A stretch of DNA of 51,645 nt, from positions 1 to 51,645 of the forward strand of contig JAQUYS010000002.1 of assembly GCA_028691765.1 (NCBI GenBank), given 5' to 3'. A program made the position numbers and the translations under genes. The notes beneath the pieces are model-generated. The model searched no databases and was not told the DNA's origin. It saw only the letters and a list, made by a program, of their open reading frames with translations. Each line of letters begins with the position of its first letter. The stretch's first letter is position 1. Below are positions 35,632 through 44,906 of this stretch, in pieces. Source of the stretch: Candidatus Nanoarchaeia archaeon (GTDB lineage Archaea > Nanobdellota > Nanobdellia > Woesearchaeales > SKGA01).

Positions 35632-37074
35632 TTAATAATTCTTAGCGAAATAAATTTTATATTTAGCTTTTTCACCGCAACAAACACATTTGGAATTTGG
35701 TTCAGGTTTGTCTTCTCCTGTTGGCCGACATCTTGTTGTTGCTCCGCCTGTATCTGTTTTGATTTGTTCTTCACACTCTTTGTTTCCACAATGATGTGCT
35801 AAAACTAATTTCTTTTCTTCTATTGCGTTCTTTAATTCGTCATATGTGGTGGCTTTTGTTTTTCTTTCTTCTACTTTTTTTCTAGCCTTTTCCAGCATTT
35901 CTTTTTGTATTTGTTTTAGTTTTTTATCTACAAAAGCGACTAAATCATTTAATGGTACAATTTCTTTTTGTCCGTTAAATCTTGAAACTACGACACAAGA
36001 TTGTTTTTCTAAATCTTTTGGTCCTAATTCTATTCTTAATGGAACTCCTTTTAATTCCCATTCGTTGAATTTGAATCCAGGGGATTTATCTGCTCGGTCA
36101 TCTAAGTGTGCATTGAATTTTTTTAATTTTTTATGAATTTCTTTTGCTTTCTTCATAACTTCAGGAGATTTATCTTGTGCAATTGGAACTATAACTGCTT
36201 TTATTGGTGCCATTTTTGGAGGTAGGACTAATCCTTTATCATCTCCATGCACCATAACTAATGCTCCTAAAAGTCTTGTTGAAAATCCCCAACTGGATTG
36301 CCAAGGTGTATGTTCTTCGCCATCTTCACCATGAAATGAAATGTTAAATGCTTTTGCGAAACCTTGTCCTAAATTATGTGAGGTTCCTGATTGTAATGCT
36401 TTTCCATCAGGCATAAATGATTCAAAGGTATATGTTCTTATTGCTCCCGGAAATGTTTCTTTTTTGGATTTTATTCCTGTGATTGCAGGTATTGCTAAAA
36501 GTTCTTCAGACATTTTTGCATATTCTTTGAGCATCATTTTAGTTTCTTTTTCGCATTCTTTTTCTGTTGAATATACGCAATGTCCTTCTTGCCATAAGAA
36601 TTCTCTTGATCGTAAAAATATTTTTACATCGCTAATTTCCCATCTAACTATGTTTGCCCATTGATTTATTCGCAGGGGCAAATCTCTATGTGAACGAATC
36701 CATTTTGAATAGGAGTCATACATTATGGTTTCTGATGTTGGTCTTATTGCTAGTCTTTCCTCGTTATCTGATTTTGTTGAAATCCAAGCTACTTCAGGTG
36801 CAAAACCCTCCACATGTTGTGCTTCTCTATGAAAAAATGATTCTGGTATGAATAATGGAAAATATGCATTTTGAACATTTAATTTATTTAATCTTTGGTT
36901 AAAATAATCCACTATTGATTGCCATAATGAATATCCTAATGGACGTATAACTGCACAACCTCTAACTACAGAATAATCTGCAAGTTCGCTTTTAACAACA
37001 ACTTGAGAATACCATTCTGGCATGTTCTCTTCTTTTTTGACAGTTATACCCATTTCGTTTGCCATTATTTGCAC
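35632..37074 (-). CDS. proS: Prolyl-tRNA synthetase, archaeal/eukaryotic type
   Basis: Class II motifs (AIRPTSET, FLWQEGH, GTSHNLGQ), an anticodon-binding domain, and a C-terminal Zn-binding domain ending CVCCGEKAKYKIYFAKNY. Confidence 0.93.
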   Translation of the reverse strand: MQIMANEMGITVKKEENMPEWYSQVVVKSELADYSVVRGCAVIRPLGYSLWQSIVDYFNQRLNKLNVQNAYFPLFIPESFFHREAQHVEGFAPEVAWISTKSDNEERLAIRPTSETIMYDSYSKWIRSHRDLPLRINQWANIVRWEISDVKIFLRSREFLWQEGHCVYSTEKECEKETKMMLKEYAKMSEELLAIPAITGIKSKKETFPGAIRTYTFESFMPDGKALQSGTSHNLGQGFAKAFNISFHGEDGEEHTPWQSSWGFSTRLLGALVMVHGDDKGLVLPPKMAPIKAVIVPIAQDKSPEVMKKAKEIHKKLKKFNAHLDDRADKSPGFKFNEWELKGVPLRIELGPKDLEKQSCVVVSRFNGQKEIVPLNDLVAFVDKKLKQIQKEMLEKARKKVEERKTKATTYDELKNAIEEKKLVLAHHCGNKECEEQIKTDTGGATTRCRPTGEDKPEPNSKCVCCGEKAKYKIYFAKNY

Positions 37075-37161
37075 CGTTTTATATGTGGAGTTTGAGCTTA
37101 TTTAAATATATATTCTTTAAAATGGCAATGTTTTTAAATTTATGCTTGTGCTTAAAGTTAT

Positions 37162-37611
37162 ATGGCTACAGAATTAAATTCTTTTTTAGAGAAACACAAC
37201 TTACCTAGTTTGAATGATTTGGAAAGTGAACTTGGTCGATTACATATTGATGATGAAGATATTATTTTATTTTTAATTAAGAAATTGAGTGATAAAGTTA
37301 ATGTTTATATTGATTTTTTAAGTGATCGATTACAACCTGATTCTGATTTGATTTCTATGCAAGAAGCGAATATGTTTGATGGAAATGAACGAAAGGAAAT
37401 GTTTTATTTGTTGAAGAACATAATTTATCAAGACAGAGTATTTATGAAAATTAATTTGAACGGAACTGAGGGAGATAAGATTAATTATTTTAAAGAATAT
37501 TTTAATAATTGGTCTGTATTAAAATTAAAATTGGTTCCTTTTGTTCAAAAAGCAATAAATGTTTGGAAATTAAAAGATGATGATGTTAAATTTGAGGCGT
37601 ATTTTGGATGA
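37162..37611 (+). CDS. Hypothetical protein
   Basis: 149-aa ORF overlapping the adk start by 4 nt (atga). No family recognised. Confidence 0.5.
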   Translation: MATELNSFLEKHNLPSLNDLESELGRLHIDDEDIILFLIKKLSDKVNVYIDFLSDRLQPDSDLISMQEANMFDGNERKEMFYLLKNIIYQDRVFMKINLNGTEGDKINYFKEYFNNWSVLKLKLVPFVQKAINVWKLKDDDVKFEAYFG

Positions 37612-38237
37612 ATAATTATATTATTTTTGGTCCACCTGGTAGTGGAAAGGGAACTTTGTCTAATTTGATTTCTGCTAAATTGAAAATTCCTCATATTTCT
37701 CTTGGGGAAATTTTGAGAAAGAGGGCAACTAAAAAGGATTCTTTGAGTAAGCAGATTTCTCAAGTTATTGAATCAGGAAATTTGTTGCCTGATGAATTAG
37801 TTAATAAAATTTTAGCTAAACGATTTGAATTAAAAGATGTTAAGAAAGGTTTTATTATTGATGGTTATCCTAGACATGTTGGTCAAGTTGATTTTTTGCT
37901 TGGTTTGACTGAAATAGATCGTGTTGTGGTTTTAAAAATTCCTGAAGAAGATATAATTTCTAGGTTAAAGGGTAGGAGAATTTGTCCTAAATGTGGTGCA
38001 GAATATCATATTACTGCAATACCTCCTAAGGTTAAAGGAATTTGTGATAAGTGCGGGACTAAATTAATTAAGCGTTCTGATGAAAACAAAATAAAACATA
38101 GATTAGAAGTTTATCATAAGGAAACTGAACCAGTTATTAAATATCTTAAGAAAAAAGGGATTCAAATTAAATTTGTTCCTGGTGGATGGGATTTGAAAAC
38201 TGAAAATGAAAAAATCATCGATAAATCTATAAATTAA
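37608..38237 (+). CDS. adk: Adenylate kinase (long form with Zn-binding lid)
   Basis: P-loop IIFGPPGSGKGT, IIDGYPR, and lid CPKCGAEYH...CDKCG. Confidence 0.9.
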   Translation: MNNYIIFGPPGSGKGTLSNLISAKLKIPHISLGEILRKRATKKDSLSKQISQVIESGNLLPDELVNKILAKRFELKDVKKGFIIDGYPRHVGQVDFLLGLTEIDRVVVLKIPEEDIISRLKGRRICPKCGAEYHITAIPPKVKGICDKCGTKLIKRSDENKIKHRLEVYHKETEPVIKYLKKKGIQIKFVPGGWDLKTENEKIIDKSIN

Positions 38238-39262
38238 TTTTCTAGAGAAAGTTTGTTTTTCGTTAAAATACTTTTTATGACTATTGTTGCATAACTTCCG
38301 CTTCCTAATTCGAATTTTAATTTTTGTTTTTTCTTTTCTGTAAATTCTTCGTCATCTTCTGGCGGAAATAATTCTAAATTTTTTACTTGGAAAAATGCAT
38401 CTCTTTCTCCTCCTTCTAAGGAAAATTCGGGAAGGCTTTTTATTAAGAAATCTCTTGCAACTATATTTTTTGTTTGAAGTAAATCTTCGTATCCTTCAGT
38501 CATATAGCCTATTAAAGGTAATGAATTTATTGGGGGGTAGATGTCTGCGAAAAGCATTTTTCCTTCTGAATAATTTAATTCATATGTTTGTTTTGTGAAT
38601 TGGTTTATTTTTTGTGATAATAATTCGTTAAAGAAATAGCTTTGTACTGAGTGTATGAAAAAAAGTGTTGTTTTTTTTGGAAGTATTTTTAATGCACCTA
38701 TAAAATCGTTTGGATGTTTTTGTAAATGTTCTTCTATTTTTTCTTTGAAATCTCCATCGGTTTGTGAAAGTAAGTTTATTGCTTCTTTGAAGTTTTTTTG
38801 TATTAAAAATAACCCTATTTGTAGGTTTGCTGTTGAAAATCTTTGTTCATCAAAATAATTCGGAATTAATAATTCGTTTGTTTCTTTTAGAGTTATGTCT
38901 TGAGGTAAATCTCGTAAAACTATTTCGAATTCATTCCCTTCTAAATCGCCCAATTTCATTTCTGTTTTTGTTGTTCCAACATATTCTAATTCTATATCTT
39001 TTAATTTTAAGTTATCTATTTTTTCTTTTGAACAATTTTTTATTGAAATATATTGGTAAGTTATTCCATTTTTATCTTTGGTTCCTGCGTATGAGATGAA
39101 TTTTCTTGGTAAATGCAAAGATCTTGTTAATTGCATTACTGCTCTTTCGGTGGTGTAGTTTGTTTTCTTCAATAAATATATTTTATGAGGTCCTTCTTCT
39201 AAATTTATATTTGTTTTTTCTTTGACTATGAAGTCTTGAAGTAAATGTTTTATTTTAACCAT
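38234..39262 (-). CDS. truD: tRNA pseudouridine synthase TruD/Pus7 family
   Basis: DFIVKE near the N-terminus, ISYAGTKDKNGITYQ (the GxKD catalytic Asp motif), NYFDEQRF, and 342-aa length. Confidence 0.85.
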   Translation of the reverse strand: MVKIKHLLQDFIVKEKTNINLEEGPHKIYLLKKTNYTTERAVMQLTRSLHLPRKFISYAGTKDKNGITYQYISIKNCSKEKIDNLKLKDIELEYVGTTKTEMKLGDLEGNEFEIVLRDLPQDITLKETNELLIPNYFDEQRFSTANLQIGLFLIQKNFKEAINLLSQTDGDFKEKIEEHLQKHPNDFIGALKILPKKTTLFFIHSVQSYFFNELLSQKINQFTKQTYELNYSEGKMLFADIYPPINSLPLIGYMTEGYEDLLQTKNIVARDFLIKSLPEFSLEGGERDAFFQVKNLELFPPEDDEEFTEKKKQKLKFELGSGSYATIVIKSILTKNKLSLEN

Positions 39263-39315
39263 TCTATTTGAAAAATAGTAAAAGTTTTTAAAGTGTTTGT
39301 ATTTTATATATTTGT

Positions 39316-39536
39316 GGACTTGTAGCCTAGTATGGAAACGGAATGCAGGAAACAGAATTCAGAAGGCGGTTTCTGCGTTTTTGTATAAATAGGGCGACAG
39401 CCTCCTAAGCCGGAATGCAGTATTTGGAATGCAGATTGCTGTATTCGGTTAACGGTGTAAGCTGTAGGTCGGGAGTTCAAATCTGTGTTCTGTACAGTGA
39501 ATTCAGAATGCAGGGAAATTCTTCCCAAGTCCGCCA
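39316..39536 (+). tRNA. tRNA-Arg(CCU) interrupted by three introns (D-loop 39336-39388, anticodon loop 39408-39459, T-loop/stem junction 39483-39520), CCA encoded
   Basis: The exons align block by block with tRNA-Arg(UCU): ggacttg ta gcct agtatgg|ata gggc g acagc ctCCTa|a gctgt aggtc gggag ttcaaat|cttcc caagtcc g cca. After removing the three inserts a 78-nt cloverleaf remains. Intron borders are ambiguous by 1-2 nt. Confidence 0.78.
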
Positions 39537-39582
39537 TTTTTATTAGTAATGCTTATAAATTATCTATAATTATTCTATGTAG

Positions 39583-40596
39583 ATGGAAAACATTAAACGA
39601 AACTCAGTTATTGCTTTATTTATACTTATTGGAATTAGTTTATTAATTTGGACTTTTAAACAAATTTCTTTTGAAGAAATTAAAAAGGTATTTTTTTATA
39701 GTGAACATAAATATGTTTTATTGTTTGTTTTATTCTCTTTTTTGATTATATTTTTACATACTTATCGTTGGAAAATTATAATTGGAACTGTGGGGCACAA
39801 TATTTCGATTTTTAAACTACTTAGTTATAAGATTGCTGGTATGAGCGTTAGTTTTATCACTCCTGGTGCCAAAGTTGGAGGAGAACCTGTTAGAGCTATG
39901 TTATTGCAAAAACACGGTATTGCATTTCATAAGGGCTTATCTACTGTAATTACAGACAAAATTGTGGATTTATCTAGTCAGGGAGTGTTGTTTGTTGTAG
40001 CCGCAATTGTTGCGATTACTACTGTTGCAATGCCTAAAGATATGTTAATTTTACTTATTATTACAACACTATTTTTTGCTGGAATGATAATCTATGTTTA
40101 TTATCAAATATTTAATGATCGAAATTTATTTTTGCGTTTGTTTAGAAAATTAAAAATGAATAAATTAAAAATTTTTAAAAATACTGAAAATAAAATCATC
40201 GAATTTGAAAGAATAATTGTTAAATTTCATAAAGAAGATAATAAAGAATTTTATCTTGCTATGATTGTAACTATGCTTGCTTGGATACTTATGTTTGGTG
40301 AATATTATTTCGCTTTAATGATTTTGAATCAATTTGGAGTTTCAGTAATGCAAGTGTTCATGATTATTACTATGATGGGTGCGGCTTATCTTATGCCTGT
40401 TCCTATGGCTTTAGGTGTTTTTGAAGCAGGACAAGTTATGATTTTCAAAATACTTGGGCTTGGTGCAGCAGTAGGTATTGGTTTAGCAATGGTTATTCGT
40501 GCCAGAGATACTTTGATTTGTTTAATTGGTTTGAGTATTTTGGGTTTAAATGGTTTGAATTGGAAAACTATAAAGAAGAAAGAAGAATTATTTTAG
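39583..40596 (+). CDS. Flippase-like/lysylphosphatidylglycerol-synthase-TM-region family membrane protein (UPF0104-like)
   Basis: 337-aa polytopic protein. LHTYRWKIII... and SFITPGAKVGGEPVRA resemble the UPF0104 family. Confidence 0.6.
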   Translation: MENIKRNSVIALFILIGISLLIWTFKQISFEEIKKVFFYSEHKYVLLFVLFSFLIIFLHTYRWKIIIGTVGHNISIFKLLSYKIAGMSVSFITPGAKVGGEPVRAMLLQKHGIAFHKGLSTVITDKIVDLSSQGVLFVVAAIVAITTVAMPKDMLILLIITTLFFAGMIIYVYYQIFNDRNLFLRLFRKLKMNKLKIFKNTENKIIEFERIIVKFHKEDNKEFYLAMIVTMLAWILMFGEYYFALMILNQFGVSVMQVFMIITMMGAAYLMPVPMALGVFEAGQVMIFKILGLGAAVGIGLAMVIRARDTLICLIGLSILGLNGLNWKTIKKKEELF

Positions 40597-42435
40597 TTGT
40601 TCGGAAACCAATTTATTTATTTCTTTTCCATCTATTTTACCAGCATATTTGAGCATTATTTTTCCCATCAATGCGCCTTTAGGTAAATTTTTATTTTGAG
40701 AAATCATTTCTTTTATTTCTTTTTCAACATCTTTTATGGATAATGGTTTGTAATTTTCGTAATTTATTTCTTGATCTTTTATTAGTTTTAATAATAATTC
40801 GGGTATGGCTTCTTTGGTTATTTGATTCTTATTTAATTTTGAAAATAATTTGTGTGCATATTTTTTTACATCTATTTCTTCATTGTATTTCTTTTTGATC
40901 ATTGACGGAAATGAAAAATAATAATCTAACATATATGCGGGTTTTATGTTGGGATAAGTTTCTGCTAAACTTGTTAAATCAATTTCTTCTTTAATTAATT
41001 TTTTTGCTATGTCTTCGGTTAAATCGAATTTGGTTTGTAGTTCTTTTATTCTTTCTGAAAGTAATTTTGGTAAAACTATTTTTGATGGATCTATTTCTAT
41101 GGATTTTAAATCTGTTTCTGGATACATTCTTGAAGATCCGGGCATAGGTCTTAAATAACTAGATGTACCGTCCGGTCTTGCCATTCTTACGCATTTACGT
41201 AAAGATAAGTCTTGAGCTCTCGCAATTACTTTTTCTATTGCTTTTTGTGCTATTAACTTGGAGTCAGATAATATTATAAATGCGTCATTTTCTTTACATG
41301 AAAGTTTTTTTGCAATTAAATCTTTTTCTTCTTGGGTAATTCCGTAATTTGGAAGTTCATCTGAATGGAATAGTCCTTTCACACCCATTGTTTTTGCGTG
41401 GTCGGATAATTCTGAGCCAAATCGTCTTCCTGGTTGTACTTCAAATCCAATTAAGCCTGAAAAGTTTTGGAGTTGTATTCCTAGAACGCATCCTTCTTTT
41501 TTTGAAAGTCCTTGTTGAATTACTTTTGAAGAAGAATTTTTTAATTCTTTAGAGAGATCAATTACATTTGTGTTTACTTTTGCTTTTCGTTTTTTTAATT
41601 CTTGAAATAAATTTAACATATTTTTTTGTCTTATTGATTCATATTCAACTATTGTTGGAATTAATTTTAAATCTTGGGCTCCTTTTATTTCAACACGAAC
41701 TCCTTCTTTTATTGAAACATTAACATCTTGTCTTATTGTACCTAATCCTCTTTTGACATTTGGAAAACTTCTTAGAATCGTACCTATGAATTCGGCGGTT
41801 TCTTTTACTTGTAAAGGCGTTTTTAAATCTGGTCCTGTTGCAATTTCTATTAAAGGTATTCCTAATCTTGAGAGATTGTATTTTTTATTTTCTGGAGTTT
41901 CTTCAATTATTTTTGCGGAATCTTCTTCTAAACAAACGGTTTCAATTGTGATTTTGCTGTTTTGTTCTAAAAGTCCGTCTGTTGCAATTAAGGTTGTTCT
42001 TTGAAAGCCTGATGTGTTTGAACCATCTATGACAATTTTTCTCATAACTTTGACTTTGTCTGGAAAAGTCATGTTGAATATTTTTCCTAATCCTAATGCT
42101 GTATTTAGTGCTTCTTGATTTAAATTTTGTGGTGGTGCTTCGTCTAATTCAACCAAACAAGTTGTATCGTTATATGCTTCATATGTGAATTGTTTTTCTT
42201 TTTTACTTTCTGCTTCTGCGGCTAAATCGGTTTTTCCTAATTCTCCTGTGGAGGCTCTTAATTTTCGTTTTATTATGAAATCAGGTTTATCGTCTCGAAT
42301 AGTTGTCGGACAAGAACAAAATAGTTTTTTTCCTTCTAGTTGTTGATGTATTTCTAATCCAGATTTTAATCCTAAGGAGGAAAGTTCATCTTCAGTTAGT
42401 CTTTGTATAGGTTGTAGTTTATTCATTTTCTTCAA
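40588..42435 (-). CDS. gatE: Glutamyl-tRNA(Gln) amidotransferase subunit E
   Basis: GLEIHQQL, KLFCSCP, LDEAPP, RQDVNVSI, and a C-terminal GatB/YqeY-like helical domain. It overlaps gatD by 17 nt. Confidence 0.93.
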   Translation of the reverse strand: MKKMNKLQPIQRLTEDELSSLGLKSGLEIHQQLEGKKLFCSCPTTIRDDKPDFIIKRKLRASTGELGKTDLAAEAESKKEKQFTYEAYNDTTCLVELDEAPPQNLNQEALNTALGLGKIFNMTFPDKVKVMRKIVIDGSNTSGFQRTTLIATDGLLEQNSKITIETVCLEEDSAKIIEETPENKKYNLSRLGIPLIEIATGPDLKTPLQVKETAEFIGTILRSFPNVKRGLGTIRQDVNVSIKEGVRVEIKGAQDLKLIPTIVEYESIRQKNMLNLFQELKKRKAKVNTNVIDLSKELKNSSSKVIQQGLSKKEGCVLGIQLQNFSGLIGFEVQPGRRFGSELSDHAKTMGVKGLFHSDELPNYGITQEEKDLIAKKLSCKENDAFIILSDSKLIAQKAIEKVIARAQDLSLRKCVRMARPDGTSSYLRPMPGSSRMYPETDLKSIEIDPSKIVLPKLLSERIKELQTKFDLTEDIAKKLIKEEIDLTSLAETYPNIKPAYMLDYYFSFPSMIKKKYNEEIDVKKYAHKLFSKLNKNQITKEAIPELLLKLIKDQEINYENYKPLSIKDVEKEIKEMISQNKNLPKGALMGKIMLKYAGKIDGKEINKLVSEQLK

Positions 42436-43723
42436 AGGAGAAATACTTTTCTGGATTTAATTCTCCAACTATGTTTGTTAATAGTAGTTGTTTAATGTCT
42501 TCTTTTTTTGCTGTGGATAATAAATATGCTAGTTTTATGAAAGCAGTTTCGGTTATCATTGTTGAATTGTGTCCTACTACTCCGGCATCTTCTATCATCC
42601 TTAAAGGAGAATATACTGTGAGATTAACTGCACCATGTATTGTTTGTGTAGACATGATGATGGGCATGGTTTTTGCCAGAATTTGTATTGATTTTAAAAT
42701 TTTGTTGTGTTCTTTGCTTTCTTTATCTGAAGCAATTACGGGGAAATGTCCAAATCCTGATCCTGCGAGTACTAATCCATCGAATTTTTTATACGCATCT
42801 AATTCTTTTGCGTAAAATTGTGGATGTGAATATACTAGTCCTATTTTTAGGTTTTCTTTGAATAGAGGTAGTGTTTTTGGAATTTCTTTTTGCATGAAAA
42901 AAGAGTATTCTTTTAACATAGTTATGCTTTTTGAACTGTAATTAACTTCTGCGACTTTATCTTCATTAATTTGTTTGAATGCATCTCTTCTTGATGAATG
43001 CATTTTTCTCACATTGACTCCATGTAGGATGTCGCATGTACCATCAGAGGATGTTGAATGCATGCAAACAAAAACTCCTGGTATGAATTTATTTTCTAGA
43101 AAATATGCTGCGTTTGTTAAGTTATCTTCTGCATCTGTGCTTGGTCTATCACTACTTCTTTGTGAGCCGACCACAATTGTGCTTATTGGTAAGTCTTTTA
43201 ACAGGAATGCTAATGAAGCTGAAAGATAATGTAGAAAATCTGTTCCTGAGGTTACAATAAATTTAGTTTGTCCTTTTAAAGCTCTTTTGTGTATTGCTTG
43301 AGCTATTTGATTGAAATGGTGAAATCTGAAATTGTCTGACATGATGTTTCCAATGAAATGTGACTCTATTTTCGAGATTTCTTTTAGTTTAGGGAATAGG
43401 TTGATAAGGGTGTCTGGATCAAAAGATGCTATTACTGCTCCTGTTTTATAATCTACTTTTGAGGATATAGTTCCTCCTGTATGTATTATTACTACGCTTT
43501 CTTTATTGAATGAGAGGGGTTGTTTTGACTGTGATTTGGATTTTTTTGGTTTGGATATTAAAGTTAAATCTGATATGTTTTCTTTTTTAAAACTTAAAGT
43601 GTATCCTGAGGAAAGTTTTAGAACTTTTGAATCTCCTTCATCGGCTAGAAGAGTTCCTTCATAGGTTTTGTTTTTTGTCGTCAATTTGACTTGGCTGAAT
43701 AAAGGTATTGTTTGTTTTACCAT
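42419..43723 (-). CDS. gatD: Glutamyl-tRNA(Gln) amidotransferase subunit D (asparaginase-like)
   Basis: N-terminal beta domain, then the asparaginase motifs IIHTGGTISS and VTSGTD. 434 aa. Confidence 0.93.
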   Translation of the reverse strand: MVKQTIPLFSQVKLTTKNKTYEGTLLADEGDSKVLKLSSGYTLSFKKENISDLTLISKPKKSKSQSKQPLSFNKESVVIIHTGGTISSKVDYKTGAVIASFDPDTLINLFPKLKEISKIESHFIGNIMSDNFRFHHFNQIAQAIHKRALKGQTKFIVTSGTDFLHYLSASLAFLLKDLPISTIVVGSQRSSDRPSTDAEDNLTNAAYFLENKFIPGVFVCMHSTSSDGTCDILHGVNVRKMHSSRRDAFKQINEDKVAEVNYSSKSITMLKEYSFFMQKEIPKTLPLFKENLKIGLVYSHPQFYAKELDAYKKFDGLVLAGSGFGHFPVIASDKESKEHNKILKSIQILAKTMPIIMSTQTIHGAVNLTVYSPLRMIEDAGVVGHNSTMITETAFIKLAYLLSTAKKEDIKQLLLTNIVGELNPEKYFSFEENE

Positions 43724-43825
43724 AACGATATTAAATAAGAGCAGAAACTTATAAATTTAACTGAATTTTTAGAAAAAAAAGAAAAAATAACAAAAAGGAT
43801 TAAACTAATATCCTATATCAAAGAT

Positions 43826-44092
43826 TTATTTTTTCTTTGTAGTAGCTTTTTTAGCAGCTTTCTTTGCAGGCATGGCGGACACCCCCTTCTTAGTAGATTT
43901 CTTAGCTTTACGCTTAGAGTTTGAAACCTTTTTTGCACTACTTTTTTTTGGTTTGATTTGTTTTTCTTGAACTTTTTTTGGTTTTCTTAAGAAAATGAAT
44001 GCTAAAGTTCCCGCAACAACACCTGTTACTACTCCTGCTATTCCTATTGCTTTTTTATGTTTTTTCACATAATCTTTTATTGCCATTAACAC
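43826..44092 (-). CDS. Small membrane-anchored protein with a Lys/Ala-rich tail
   Basis: 88 aa. One TM helix (AIGIAGVVTGVVAGTLAFIFL), then a highly basic tail KPKKSSAKKVSNSKRKAKKSTKKG...AKKAAKKATTKKK. Confidence 0.5.
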   Translation of the reverse strand: MLMAIKDYVKKHKKAIGIAGVVTGVVAGTLAFIFLRKPKKVQEKQIKPKKSSAKKVSNSKRKAKKSTKKGVSAMPAKKAAKKATTKKK

Positions 44093-44150
44093 ACCTTTTA
44101 ATTTAATGCATTATTTTTGTTTCTCGTGTTTATAAGTTTTTTTATTTGTG

Positions 44151-44906
44151 TTAGAACTCTTGAAGCGTTTGAATTAATTTTGATGCTAAGAAAGAAGTTT
44201 TATTTTCAATGTCTTTTTTTGGATTGACTTCAACGATGTCTATTAATTTTATGTTTTTGGTTTGGATTATTTTTTGGAGTATGTTGAAAAGATCTTTTTG
44301 TTTGAATCCGTTTGGTTCGGCATATCCTGTTCCTGGTGCAATGTCTGAATCGAAAACATCTATGTCTATGGAAAGGTAAGTTGGTTGGTCACAGAAGGAG
44401 ATTAATTGTTGGGTGATTGTGTTTAAATCTTGGGATTTTATGTCGCTCATGTAAATGCAATGGATTAATTTTTTGCATATGTATTCTGTTTCTATTTTAT
44501 CTGAATTTCTAATTCCAACCAGAAGTATGTTTTGTGGGGGGATTATTTTTTTTTCTATTAATACTTTGAGGTAATCTTCGTGTGTAGGTGGGACAAAGTT
44601 GTTCACTAAGTCTGGATGTGCGTCGAATATTAAAAGTTTAAAGTCTTTGTTGTTTTTTGAAAATCCTTTTACTGAAGGATATGTTATGGAGTGGTCCCCT
44701 CCTAAGAGTATTGCTTTTTGATTTAGGTTTGAGATGAAATTTTCTATGTTTTTATGGCTTAGAGAGATGTTTGATTCTTCGACAGGTATTTCTTCTATTT
44801 GAAAGGAAGCGGCGTCTAAGAAAGAAATTATTTTATTCGGTGCTTCGTTTGAGCCATTCCCTTTTCCTAATCCTCCGCCACTAAAGGGGATTTTAATTAG
44901 TTTCAT
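44151..44906 (-). CDS. speB: Agmatinase/arginase-family ureohydrolase
   Basis: Mn-binding motifs GGDHSITYP, FDAHPDL, SIDIDVFD. It overlaps the decarboxylase stop by 4 nt. Confidence 0.85.
   Translation of the reverse strand: MKLIKIPFSGGGLGKGNGSNEAPNKIISFLDAASFQIEEIPVEESNISLSHKNIENFISNLNQKAILLGGDHSITYPSVKGFSKNNKDFKLLIFDAHPDLVNNFVPPTHEDYLKVLIEKKIIPPQNILLVGIRNSDKIETEYICKKLIHCIYMSDIKSQDLNTITQQLISFCDQPTYLSIDIDVFDSDIAPGTGYAEPNGFKQKDLFNILQKIIQTKNIKLIDIVEVNPKKDIENKTSFLASKLIQTLQEF

Noticed and set aside
39304-39537. 77-aa minus-strand ORF
   Set aside because: It is exactly coextensive with the three-intron tRNA-Arg(CCU) gene. It is open only because the block is GC-rich.
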